A stretch of DNA of 64,000 nt from a virus, in the IMG/VR virus record IMGVR_UViG_3300033144_002959, positions 1 to 64,000 of that record; one strand, 5' to 3'. Made by a program: the position numbers and the translations under genes. The notes beneath the pieces are model-generated. The model had not been told where the DNA came from. It searched no databases and saw nothing but the letters and a program-made list of their open reading frames with translations. Shown piece by piece: positions 56,501 through 64,000 of the stretch; the first letter of the stretch is position 1, and each line of letters begins with the position of its first letter.

Positions 56501-57539
56501 CTTCCTGATCCTTCAACGCCTGCGTAAATCTCTCAGCGGGTCCACCGCCAGCAGTGGTCAATTGTAGGATCGCTTGTACACCCTCAATTGATCCCAGCAT
56601 CTTGATCATTTGGGCTTCGCTGCCCTTCGCTGCTTTCCTTATTTGATCAAATGTCTTTTGCAGACCCTGTTTAGCAATAGCCTCTGAGACGCTACCAAAC
56701 TCACCAAGAGCCTCGGTTACTTCCGGGGTATCTCGGGCAAGGCCCTGCAACGCTGCACGAATCTGAGTGGTTGCCACGGATGTCGGCGTACCTGAAAGAG
56801 TGATCGTTTGGATCGCCGCATTCAGCTCGGTGAAGTCAACGCTTAATGCGTTTGCCAACGGAGCAGCTTGGAATAGGAAATTAGACAACTCATCGATAGT
56901 TGTCGCGCCGCCTTTAACCGTCGTGAACAGAGAATCCGCAACCCGAGCTGCTTCCGTCCCTTCCAGATTAAACGCATTCAATACAGACGCCAAACCTTTG
57001 GTCACTGTCTCGACATCCGCAACGCCTGCACGGGCCAACGTAAGAGCTATGGCGAGACGTTCGTTTGCATCGGCACCAGCCTCCGCTCCGGTCGATATAG
57101 TTTGATACAGGGCAGCTGCGACACGCGCACGGTCAACTCCGAACTCGTTTGACAGAGCAACTACTGACTTGCGTAACTCTTCGTTCGCTCTCGCAGACGG
57201 TGCAACCAACGTTTCAATCTCAGCAATCTGGGTTTGGAATTCCCCAGCCGCTTTTGCCGCCGCCAGAAACGGGGCTGCGATTGCCGTACCGATAGCAGCA
57301 AGTGCAAGGCCCGAACTTCTCAGCTCATTGAATTCTATCGCCGCATCAGCGGCTTGGTCTTCGGTATTTTTAAGTTCTCGGTTGAGACCTTTGACGCCCT
57401 TTTCAGTTTCCCCAACATCAACGTCTTCCAGCTCTTCGCCTGCCTTAGCAGCAGCCGAAAAGTTTTTCTTGAGCTTAGTGATTCCAGCCTGCGTTAGATC
57501 ACGCAGTTTGATCAGAATGTTTAAGGTCGAGTCAGCCAT
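53547..57539 (-). CDS. tail tape measure protein (TP901 family)
   Basis: 1330 aa, Ala/Leu-rich helical, TP901 core, C-terminal GPGTSTSDSIPAMLSDGEYV. Confidence 0.92.
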   Translation of the reverse strand: MADSTLNILIKLRDLTQAGITKLKKNFSAAAKAGEELEDVDVGETEKGVKGLNRELKNTEDQAADAAIEFNELRSSGLALAAIGTAIAAPFLAAAKAAGEFQTQIAEIETLVAPSARANEELRKSVVALSNEFGVDRARVAAALYQTISTGAEAGADANERLAIALTLARAGVADVETVTKGLASVLNAFNLEGTEAARVADSLFTTVKGGATTIDELSNFLFQAAPLANALSVDFTELNAAIQTITLSGTPTSVATTQIRAALQGLARDTPEVTEALGEFGSVSEAIAKQGLQKTFDQIRKAAKGSEAQMIKMLGSIEGVQAILQLTTAGGGPAERFTQALKDQEEAAGAAARAADIVQQSFGVQLETALTRISNAFTELGQAVIPILEPMVVGIGNLAVAFQQLLATSEVAQTIAQVTLALTALGVALTALFTTILVAGKGFTVLKLALTGFNRGLRLARINLARATTAVRVFTVASRAMLGPVGFIVTGLLLLSSTAVAFASDMDEVTEAVDDSIESFEALSELDKVKALDLAEGAVDQLNKELDEAKDKLEQLTLREDVGNPLQKLFTTESDIEDAQAEVDELEARIIEVGDKFDILKEKSEINIGNVDVSIEGIRSYFEQLDEAEIKVVALTGSIANMRAELEEPVTGFQIESVFGDESVISKAASAARSVIGGVQNILIENKVKELETEKEIIQVLAQKLTVAQQALFAEDLVTKDKESAAAAELSAAEKLAAAKTRVSITGAENRLAEAQARADVDAIRAGDEALTDDLQRQLDAREINEQEFADARSRIVLGQLEADKQLAALQLENARKLTDAKLAVIEAGIDRVKLAQDAASSSETATSSQATLNLADARKQQLELEFDTLETTITGRLTALGIRTEAQVKAIADDIAEGSIEGIERAFERLIANQDAQVALVTARLEAGAISQAVAQEKIADAARVTASALRDELIPAVEALLLLDPGDPALLRFLEELQLTLDNTTVELTEFQQGVKTLLEANLADFFEDLLNNFGSLSDAFEKFVQGVRKAILRLIAERLAKRLVDSLFSFLGSSEGGLISSPSTGGFIKAADGGVLKLASGGPSRNVAQLASGGLVSRIRELASGGPVSSTHTHTHTHTRARGGSVPKLEDGVPVKAAGAAGAAGLAEDGVSKLVGDRPEGSAHEPGGSVPHLARGGPVGSVPELEDSVPELARGGPGGSVRGPGTSTSDSIPAMLSDGEYVMKAASVRQYGVQMMEAINRGIAEPVDVSRRLSITKPPKRRFADGGSVGTSPTQAQLRAGASASGQQRAATQQPTELVLNVSDDALNSMMRDVLEREFGRILATR
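53925..54300. repeat. in-frame degenerate repeat expansion in the TMP C-terminus
   Basis: (GAGTAT)4 at 54170-54193, (CCTGCGGCT)3 at 54094-54120, recurring LA[SR]GG/GSVP units. Confidence 0.8.
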
Positions 57540-57837
57540 TCGTCAGTTCCTTAATGTAAGCCTTGAAGCCTTTCTTGTCAGCCCAAGCAGCGGCTCTGAC
57601 ATTTATGGCGAACGCAGCCCGCTCAGCATCTACACGTATTCTTGCCAACTCGACTAAACTGATTAACCTCCTGATCGGATATCGGAGCACTTTTTCATAA
57701 TCGTGACCATTGGCGATCAGGAATTCTGCTCCGGCTGCAAGTCCTTTAATCCACCGATCAAGGGATTCTGCACCTCGGCCAGACCCGTGTCGTTCAGCTT
57801 CCCGATGCTTTTGAGGATGCTTCCGGCCAGTTTTCCC
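57532..57837 (-). CDS. tail assembly chaperone -1 frameshift extension (gpGT-like)
   Basis: G GGA AAA slippery heptamer at 57837-57831; -1 frame open to a TGA overlapping the TMP start. Confidence 0.75.
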   Translation of the reverse strand, partial: GKTGRKHPQKHREAERHGSGRGAESLDRWIKGLAAGAEFLIANGHDYEKVLRYPIRRLISLVELARIRVDAERAAFAINVRAAAWADKKGFKAYIKELTNG

Positions 57838-58160
57838 AACGTCTCAATGTCCAGTGAAGACAAGTCCCATACCTCCTGAATGGCACGGAGCTGCACGCCT
57901 ACCGGTAATTTTCTGACCTGTTCCTCAAGATCATGCTCGTCAGCAGCGTACGCTATAGCTGCCGCCACAAATTGCGGGAACTCTTTCAATAAAATTTCAA
58001 AATCCGCCCCCGCTTCCGCACCAAACATTGCCTTCAATGCGTCCGTGTGGTTTTCCAGTAGCAACACAACATCCTCTAGTGAAAGCCCGCGCACCTGAAA
58101 ATTCTGGTCCCCCGGACATTCAATCTCAACCTTTCGATCTACAAGGTCTCTTAAACTCAT
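57717..58160 (-). CDS. tail assembly chaperone (gpG-like)
   Basis: VRGLS motif; between tail tube and TMP. Confidence 0.8.
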   Translation of the reverse strand: MSLRDLVDRKVEIECPGDQNFQVRGLSLEDVVLLLENHTDALKAMFGAEAGADFEILLKEFPQFVAAAIAYAADEHDLEEQVRKLPVGVQLRAIQEVWDLSSLDIETLGKLAGSILKSIGKLNDTGLAEVQNPLIGGLKDLQPEQNS

Positions 58161-58195
58161 TTCTCAACTCCCGTCTCTATTAAAACTAGGGGGAC

Positions 58196-58211
58196 GTCCA
58201 ATTGATTGGAC
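58196..58211. repeat. dispersed 16-bp quasi-palindrome inside a hairpin
   Basis: GTCCAATTGATTGGAC flanked by GGGGGA/TCCCCC. Confidence 0.9.
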
Positions 58212-58234
58212 AATCCCCCCAATCAATCACCCGC

Positions 58235-59011
58235 TTACGTTATTGTCGGGGCTTGCGTGATCTGGAAAAACTTCGATCCAACTGCCCGCGTTGCATCCGA
58301 TAGCGCGTTACCCTCAACGGCCATCTGTGCAATCTCGTCATTGATCAAAGCCAGCTCGGCCAACGGTGTGATTTCCATCTTAAAGATATCAACCGTAACC
58401 GGGTTATCCAAGTCCGCCGTGTTCAACCCGTGGAACCGTGCCCAGCGAGTCGGATTCGCCGACACTGTCAAAGCGTCAACGGTCTCCTGAGCCACGTACG
58501 TGTAATCCGCCAACAGAGCCTGACCCTCGGTGATCGTACCCGTGCCTATGGGCCTGAACGCGCCTGCCGAAGCATCGAGTTCATAGTCGGTGTCGAGTAC
58601 ATACGTCACAATTGCGCCGACATTTGTCAGCACAAAAGCCGCAACCTGAATGAAATCAAGCGGCGTCCACAGATCGATATAACCAGTTACCGCTTCGTCA
58701 GTCACGGTGCCTGCTATCACGTCAGCAGACGTACCCTTCAGGGAAATGGCCAAGTTCTCGGACTCAATCGATTCCATCGTCATGTTGACTGCGACACTAA
58801 TCTCGGTGATCAGCGTCAAGTCAACGGCTCGCTGGCCTGACTGGGATTCTTTGTGCTCAAACTCTGATATTTCATTACCGATAGTCAACGCGCTAACGTT
58901 TCCCACAGCTCTGAAACCCGAATTCGGCTCACCGGTCGTACCGTCTTTTGTTGCCAGCAACAGCACACCCTGACCGGAGAGGTAATTACTGGATTTTTCA
59001 GCAGTAGTCAT
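58235..59011 (-). CDS. major tail tube protein
   Basis: YLSGQG...VGNV...EHKESQSG motif; position before the chaperone. Confidence 0.85.
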   Translation of the reverse strand: MTTAEKSSNYLSGQGVLLLATKDGTTGEPNSGFRAVGNVSALTIGNEISEFEHKESQSGQRAVDLTLITEISVAVNMTMESIESENLAISLKGTSADVIAGTVTDEAVTGYIDLWTPLDFIQVAAFVLTNVGAIVTYVLDTDYELDASAGAFRPIGTGTITEGQALLADYTYVAQETVDALTVSANPTRWARFHGLNTADLDNPVTVDIFKMEITPLAELALINDEIAQMAVEGNALSDATRAVGSKFFQITQAPTIT

Positions 59012-59064
59012 TTGCTTCTCCTAAAAGTTTTGACTCCAAGTCAGGCCACATGGCCGACCGGGTG

Positions 59065-59328
59065 TTAATCATCGTCCACTTCGGACGACGTTTCTTCATC
59101 AGCCTCAACGGCTTCCTCTTCGGATTCAGTCTCTTCAACTGACCCCAACTCAACCGGCGTTTCTTCCGGGTTCTCTCTGTCAATGACGCCAACTTTCTTG
59201 GCGGCACCTCTTCGAATCAATTTATCAGCTCGCGATACCTGAGCGGCGAACCTGTCGCCCTTCGTGTAGTGCACGCCTCCCGCAGTCAAACTCTCAACCA
59301 CGCATTCCATTTCAACGTCTAACGACAT
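59065..59328 (-). CDS. hypothetical protein, acidic C-terminus
   Basis: GGAG RBS. Confidence 0.6.
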   Translation of the reverse strand: MSLDVEMECVVESLTAGGVHYTKGDRFAAQVSRADKLIRRGAAKKVGVIDRENPEETPVELGSVEETESEEEAVEADEETSSEVDDD

Positions 59329-59371
59329 TTTAATTCTCCGCTTTGGTCGGTATCTTACCGCCACCAGTTCG

Positions 59372-59860
59372 TCACGTCAGCAACACAGTGGTTTCCCACC
59401 GCTGCACGTACGCAATTACACCCTCACTAAGTTGAGCCGGGGTCTCCATCACAAAAACCCAGAATCTATTCGCCTGCACTACCGGAACCTGATTAGCCCC
59501 TGTCCCTGTTAATGGTTTCGTCAGCTTGATTGCGTCCCGAATCTGTTCCAAAAATTCGGTTGTGTTCATTTTCACACCAGTTGCCTTGCTGATTTTTTCA
59601 ACGCATTGCTGCCCGCCGATAATATAAATATCGATAGTCACAGTCGCAGCCAAGCCATGATGTCCTTGCTTACGCTCGCCTGCCCCGTGGCCCTTCATGT
59701 TGTTGTACACGACACCAATAGCAGGTACGCCGATCTTCGACTGCTCAGAAAGCAAATCATCGCCATCAAACATATAGATAATTTTATCTTTGATCGCAGT
59801 GATAGTCTGCATTTTCACAGTCAGATCAGTAATCAATTCGCTGATAATATCGTGAGCCAT
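59372..59860 (-). CDS. putative tail terminator
   Basis: Position and size in the neck module. Confidence 0.55.
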   Translation of the reverse strand: MAHDIISELITDLTVKMQTITAIKDKIIYMFDGDDLLSEQSKIGVPAIGVVYNNMKGHGAGERKQGHHGLAATVTIDIYIIGGQQCVEKISKATGVKMNTTEFLEQIRDAIKLTKPLTGTGANQVPVVQANRFWVFVMETPAQLSEGVIAYVQRWETTVLLT

Positions 59861-59861
59861 A

Positions 59862-60308
59862 TCAATTCTTTTTCGCAATGCGCTCCAGAATAGCTGCCGC
59901 AATAATCGAAGCAGTGTCAGCGTCGTCTCGGGTCACACCCATAAACGGCCTCTCGATTTCGCCGCCTTCACCAAAATGATGCTTAGCAGCATACGGAACA
60001 TCAGTCGCAATCTCACCAACAGTGTCTGTCTTGCGAGCAAATTGAATTGAGTGGAATAGGGCACCCGTGTCAAACAAAGTACCACCACCTTCGCCAGATT
60101 CTTTTCTTCGTAGGCCGAACGTTGATGGAATCCACGGCTTGCCTTCCGGGTCTTGCTCGTCAAGGAAGTGTTTGCGTATGCGATCAAGAGTCGAAGCGCC
60201 GACCGCATCCGTAATAGTCTGTTTAGTACGCTGAGAGTCAGTCATCAAATCGAGTTTTTTGAATAGATCAGTCAGACCAACAAACGTAATTTCTATATCA
60301 CGTGCCAT
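59862..60308 (-). CDS. virion morphogenesis / tail completion protein
   Basis: EQDPEGKPW, LFDTGAL, YAAKHHFG, ERPFMG. Confidence 0.85.
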   Translation of the reverse strand: MARDIEITFVGLTDLFKKLDLMTDSQRTKQTITDAVGASTLDRIRKHFLDEQDPEGKPWIPSTFGLRRKESGEGGGTLFDTGALFHSIQFARKTDTVGEIATDVPYAAKHHFGEGGEIERPFMGVTRDDADTASIIAAAILERIAKKN

Positions 60309-60973
60309 TAGCTCATCGGCTTCAGTGCAGACGGCAAATACCGGATGTATCGATTCACCAAACCTTCAATAGAAATACAACAACCGAGCGCATTTTTATC
60401 GGAGTCATCGCACGGCACACCATTATCGAAAATGGCTTTCGAAATAATCTGTGCAGCTTCCGTCAGCCAGTCTGGTGTGTTTTCGTAGATAGTGCCGAAC
60501 GAATCAGCTACCGCAGTGAACCCGGCATCATAGGTCACCGACAGAAAATACCTGTCGCCGGAAACTATCTGCAACGTGCCACTCAATACCTGATCAGTTC
60601 CGGTAATCAAGACCGTACCCTTGCTCTGATCGAGCACAACGAAATCATTATTGATAGCAGTAGCCGCAGCAAGATCACCGAGCTGTGTTGCATTTTTGAT
60701 TGATAGAGCCGCAGTTGCCGTGATGACAAACCCCTGACTCAAATAGAAGCGCGGGAATTCCCCGACGAAAGGGAACTCCCCGGTGTCCACGTAGTACGTG
60801 TCCGTGATTGCTAGATTTTGATCAAACTCCGTACGGATGATCGAAATAAGATGCAGCGTTGCCGCTTCAATAGACGCCTGAGCCTTTGCGGTTACTTCAT
60901 CCGCAAGGTTCTCAACATCCCCTAGACCTGCGCGAATCGCGAAGTCTTCAACTGATACCAACTTAGCGACCAT
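60308..60973 (-). CDS. head-tail adaptor-like protein
   Basis: VTYDAGF...PDWL pattern; position. Confidence 0.6.
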   Translation of the reverse strand: MVAKLVSVEDFAIRAGLGDVENLADEVTAKAQASIEAATLHLISIIRTEFDQNLAITDTYYVDTGEFPFVGEFPRFYLSQGFVITATAALSIKNATQLGDLAAATAINNDFVVLDQSKGTVLITGTDQVLSGTLQIVSGDRYFLSVTYDAGFTAVADSFGTIYENTPDWLTEAAQIISKAIFDNGVPCDDSDKNALGCCISIEGLVNRYIRYLPSALKPMS

Positions 60974-60980
60974 GCTGCCC

Positions 60981-61352
60981 TCATACGGTTACTGCTTCCT
61001 CATCCTCGTCGGCGTCATCATTCTCACCGTCGTCTTCCTCACCGTCTTCATTCACAGCCGAGGGACTATCGTCATCGTCTGCCGGATCGGGATCAGTATC
61101 GGGACCGTCAACCTTGTTATCGTCATCTTCGACAACAGGAGTCGGCACGCCGCCCTTATTGATAGATTTTTTCGGAGCCTCAAACGCCGGAGCGTTATCG
61201 TCGGCAGCACGTCGGAAGTAAAACACGTTCCGTTCGTTGTTCTGCGCCAGCAAATGCTTTGCAGCTTTTTTAGAGACTTCGTAAACAACGCCCCGGTTGT
61301 ACACCTTGCCGCTGTGTACATAAGTCTTCGACAACATAAGTTCGATCTTCAC
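60981..61352 (-). CDS. hypothetical protein, acidic tail
   Basis: GGAG RBS. Confidence 0.6.
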   Translation of the reverse strand: MKIELMLSKTYVHSGKVYNRGVVYEVSKKAAKHLLAQNNERNVFYFRRAADDNAPAFEAPKKSINKGGVPTPVVEDDDNKVDGPDTDPDPADDDDSPSAVNEDGEEDDGENDDADEDEEAVTV

Positions 61353-61408
61353 CGCTTTCTCCCGTTATTAACGCAAGGGGGGACTACGCCCCCCACTCAC
61401 GTTGGATA

Positions 61409-62458
61409 CTAGCCGATGACGGCAGCGTCCGCCACATCCACGTTGCCGTGGACAACGATACTGACCGTACTGGTCGCAGCCCAGTCCACCAGACCCGCGT
61501 TGTCGAGCAGTACCAGATTGTTCACCCGGTCCAGCGTTATCACGCCATCCCATGCTTCAACCAGACCGTCAGCCGTTGTGGTCACGTAAACCGAGGCACC
61601 TGTCGGTTCGAAGTTAAGATGCACAACCAGCAGACCAGCCGTTACTTCCTCAGCAGTCGGGACTCGCCCTTCATGCAGGCTAATGTTCGCGTTTGCATTT
61701 CGACCGTTGTACGTCGGCGTCGCGCTCCACGTATGGTTCGCATGGGCCTCTGCAAGCGTTACCGCACGAGAGCCACCCACCGTCGAGAACAGATACCCTG
61801 TCGTAGCGTTAACAGCAACAAAGCGCCAGCTCGGATTCTTGATTTTCGGTTGCCCGACAACCACGTTGCCGAAAGCGTTCGACGGAATGTCCAAATGCAA
61901 AGGACCGCGACCCACCAGAGTGTTCTGACCAACAATCGCTGCCAGTGCTGCCAAACCTGCAACAGCTGTTACCGCAACACTCGGAACAACGATGTGACCG
62001 GCTACCAGAGCCGTCGCTTCCTGAATCTCAATCGGATCAGTGCCTGTAGCGTGAGCCACAATGGTTGTACCAGCAACACCGCGATAGAACCCAACCGTAT
62101 CGGTTGCCCCGGTTACCACGCTCGTCACGAGCGCAATTTCCAGTTCGACGGCAACGTAATCACCAACCGTCAACAGGCCAGTCGTGATACCTGTCTGCAC
62201 AACTTCCTGATCGGTGTTATTCCAGAACGTCAGGATGTCATCGAGGGAGTCGGTGGACAAATCGACAATCGCGTAAATGTCGTCATCACCAGCCGCAGCT
62301 GTGCCAATAGTGAAAAACTCGCGATCAACGAATACGCCGGTCGATACAAATGCGGCCATGTCAGGTTGCCCCTGCCCCATAGCCATACCAGCGAGCATGT
62401 GTGCTGCACCTTTATTGGTGTGCACGTCGAGAAAATTAAATGGATTTTTCGTAGGCAT
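61409..62458 (-). CDS. putative capsid decoration / accessory protein
   Basis: Directly after the MCP; A/T/V/G-rich. Confidence 0.55.
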   Translation of the reverse strand: MPTKNPFNFLDVHTNKGAAHMLAGMAMGQGQPDMAAFVSTGVFVDREFFTIGTAAAGDDDIYAIVDLSTDSLDDILTFWNNTDQEVVQTGITTGLLTVGDYVAVELEIALVTSVVTGATDTVGFYRGVAGTTIVAHATGTDPIEIQEATALVAGHIVVPSVAVTAVAGLAALAAIVGQNTLVGRGPLHLDIPSNAFGNVVVGQPKIKNPSWRFVAVNATTGYLFSTVGGSRAVTLAEAHANHTWSATPTYNGRNANANISLHEGRVPTAEEVTAGLLVVHLNFEPTGASVYVTTTADGLVEAWDGVITLDRVNNLVLLDNAGLVDWAATSTVSIVVHGNVDVADAAVIG

Positions 62459-62514
62459 ATCGGTCTCCTATTACGCCCCTTCACTTATCAGGCACCACGC
62501 CCAATACATTTTTT

Positions 62515-62530
62515 GTCCAACCAATTGGAC
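62515..62530. repeat. dispersed quasi-palindrome, 1 mismatch
   Basis: GTCCAACCAATTGGAC, downstream of the MCP. Confidence 0.8.
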
Positions 62531-62595
62531 AGGACTGAAACTAAGAGCCTCGGGGGCGAGGGTGAACAAACCCCCAAGGCAACTCAGGTTACTGC

Positions 62596-63540
62596 TTAGC
62601 CGATGTTCGTGTACTTAACAGTGGCTTCCTCTTCCTCGTACTTGAAGTCCATCCGCATCGTCAAGACAATGATATACACACGAGCACTGATGTCTTTATC
62701 AGTCTCAATATGGATGTCCCTCTGGATGCCGAAAATCATATTCAGCGGATTGGTCGTTAAACCATTCGACGCTGGCATGAGGCTGGCAGGATCGACCGCG
62801 ACGCCGAACCCGAACACTGGTGATGTGCCCTGAATCTGCGCGTCTCCCAAAGCCGTCTCACGATTCGCAAGCGAGTCGCGATAAGCAATTTCGTTATCCA
62901 CTGAACAGAAGTGGCGCATCGCAGCACGGTTGCGAAGGTACTGATCAGGCATCGCCTGAAGACCTTGCTTCCATGTGTCCTTACTGATTTCAGCACCAGC
63001 AACGTCCACAACATTGGTAGTGGACTGAATCAGCCAGCCATCGAGCAATGCAAGGAACGGATCGCCTGATCCGACGTCTCCGAGCAACGCCAGCTCTTCA
63101 AGGTCAAGCGCAGCACGCTCGGCAATGAGAGTCATGATCGTGTCACGGATACCGCCAGACGTCGGCGTACCATTCGTGTCGGTGTGCATACCGATATTGC
63201 CGCGCTCGATATTGTCTTCGATAACGTCATACGGCAACCGCACTTCTGCGATTACTTCAGACGTTGCCAGCAAGACCTGCTCGGTCGTCGGGGCTGATCG
63301 ATCACCCACCACGAGAGGTGTGTTCGAAACAGCAGGGTGCAAGATTCGACTGGAAAACTGAATCTTGTTGATCTGCCGCTGCGGACTCGACATCGTCACG
63401 ACACGCGATTGATTGAGGATTGTAGGCTGAACGAGCAGCTTACGAATAAACTGGTTCGACTGTTCGTCGTTCAGTAGGCCACCGCTTGATAGATCGCCAA
63501 CCGACCAGTCCGCTTTTTGCATCAAGTCTTTGTTGTCCAT
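62596..63540 (-). CDS. major capsid protein (HK97 fold, XkdG-like)
   Basis: GGLLNDEQ...FI, VIEDNIE, DLEELALLGD, RETALGD. Confidence 0.9.
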   Translation of the reverse strand: MDNKDLMQKADWSVGDLSSGGLLNDEQSNQFIRKLLVQPTILNQSRVVTMSSPQRQINKIQFSSRILHPAVSNTPLVVGDRSAPTTEQVLLATSEVIAEVRLPYDVIEDNIERGNIGMHTDTNGTPTSGGIRDTIMTLIAERAALDLEELALLGDVGSGDPFLALLDGWLIQSTTNVVDVAGAEISKDTWKQGLQAMPDQYLRNRAAMRHFCSVDNEIAYRDSLANRETALGDAQIQGTSPVFGFGVAVDPASLMPASNGLTTNPLNMIFGIQRDIHIETDKDISARVYIIVLTMRMDFKYEEEEATVKYTNIG

Positions 63541-63584
63541 TTCAACTCCAAGTTTTCTGAGAATATAACCGTTGGTCGGAAGAA

Positions 63585-64000
63585 TTACGCAGCGCTTTCG
63601 ATATCGCCTGCAATCCTATCCAGCGAAGTTCCGCCCCAGAACTTTTCGTCCGAGGCTTCGCCTTTTGAACGATGGGTGCCAAGACTCTGGTCGGCGTTAT
63701 CGCCGCCATCACTATTTGACGGAACAGTACCCTTAACAGCTTTAGTCGCTTTCTCCGCAGCCTCCGCAGTCGCATCAACCTTCTCGGTCAACTTGTCCTG
63801 CTTCGATTTTAGATCGGCAACTTCAGTCCGTACTCCGCTTACAGCCTCCAGAACTGGGGCCAGTGCTGCTTTGATAATCGCAGCAATGTCCTGTTCACTC
63901 TCATCACTCTTCTCAGTTGACTTATCGTCATCCGATGCACTTTCGTCTTTCTTGTCGTCTGACTTCGAAGCGGTATCGCCTGCTTTGTCGTCAATGTCCA
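63585..64000 (-). CDS. C-terminal part of capsid protease/scaffold protein
   Basis: Frame open to the right edge; acidic/Lys coiled coil directly upstream of the MCP. Confidence 0.7.
   Translation of the reverse strand, partial: DIDDKAGDTASKSDDKKDESASDDDKSTEKSDESEQDIAAIIKAALAPVLEAVSGVRTEVADLKSKQDKLTEKVDATAEAAEKATKAVKGTVPSNSDGGDNADQSLGTHRSKGEASDEKFWGGTSLDRIAGDIESAA

Noticed and set aside
10797-62599. Long plus-strand ORFs (e.g. 10797-11726, 33415-34248, 61448-62599)
   Set aside because: Antisense shadows of well-supported minus-strand genes, with no motifs.

Overview
This is a 64-kb segment of a large tailed dsDNA phage (siphovirus-like: TP901-type tape measure, tail tube, frameshifted tail chaperone, no sheath seen). 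Spanins and a YadA-like anchor point to a Gram-negative host. Essentially all credible genes are on the minus strand. In transcription order (right to left) the window holds: head genes (scaffold end, major capsid); neck and tail genes; a long tail-tip/fibre module with paralog triplets and embedded SPOUT-like and 2OG-Fe(II) enzymes; a lysis cassette; an AAA+ ATPase; a lambda-O-like initiator with internal iterons, a loader and DnaB; a ~3.8-kb region with no credible protein genes; small early genes with RtcB; a collagen/YadA-like protein; primase, SSB, SF2 helicase, RecA, nucleases and RuvC; a putative ADP-ribosyltransferase; terminase subunits; a sulfotransferase; and tRNA-His. The most striking observation is the region 19551-23356. 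It reads as a promoter-driven array of about 18 different structured RNA modules, each closed by a terminal helix and separated by short AU-rich linkers, ending at tRNA-Tyr. It includes a tRNA-elbow mimic, a two-copy covarying motif and several CCA-ended units. A 16-bp quasi-palindrome (GTCCAATYRATTGGAC) occurs at least 9 times across the window, both inside and between genes. All protein calls come from motif recognition by eye and all RNA structures from manual base-pairing; no searches or folding programs were run.
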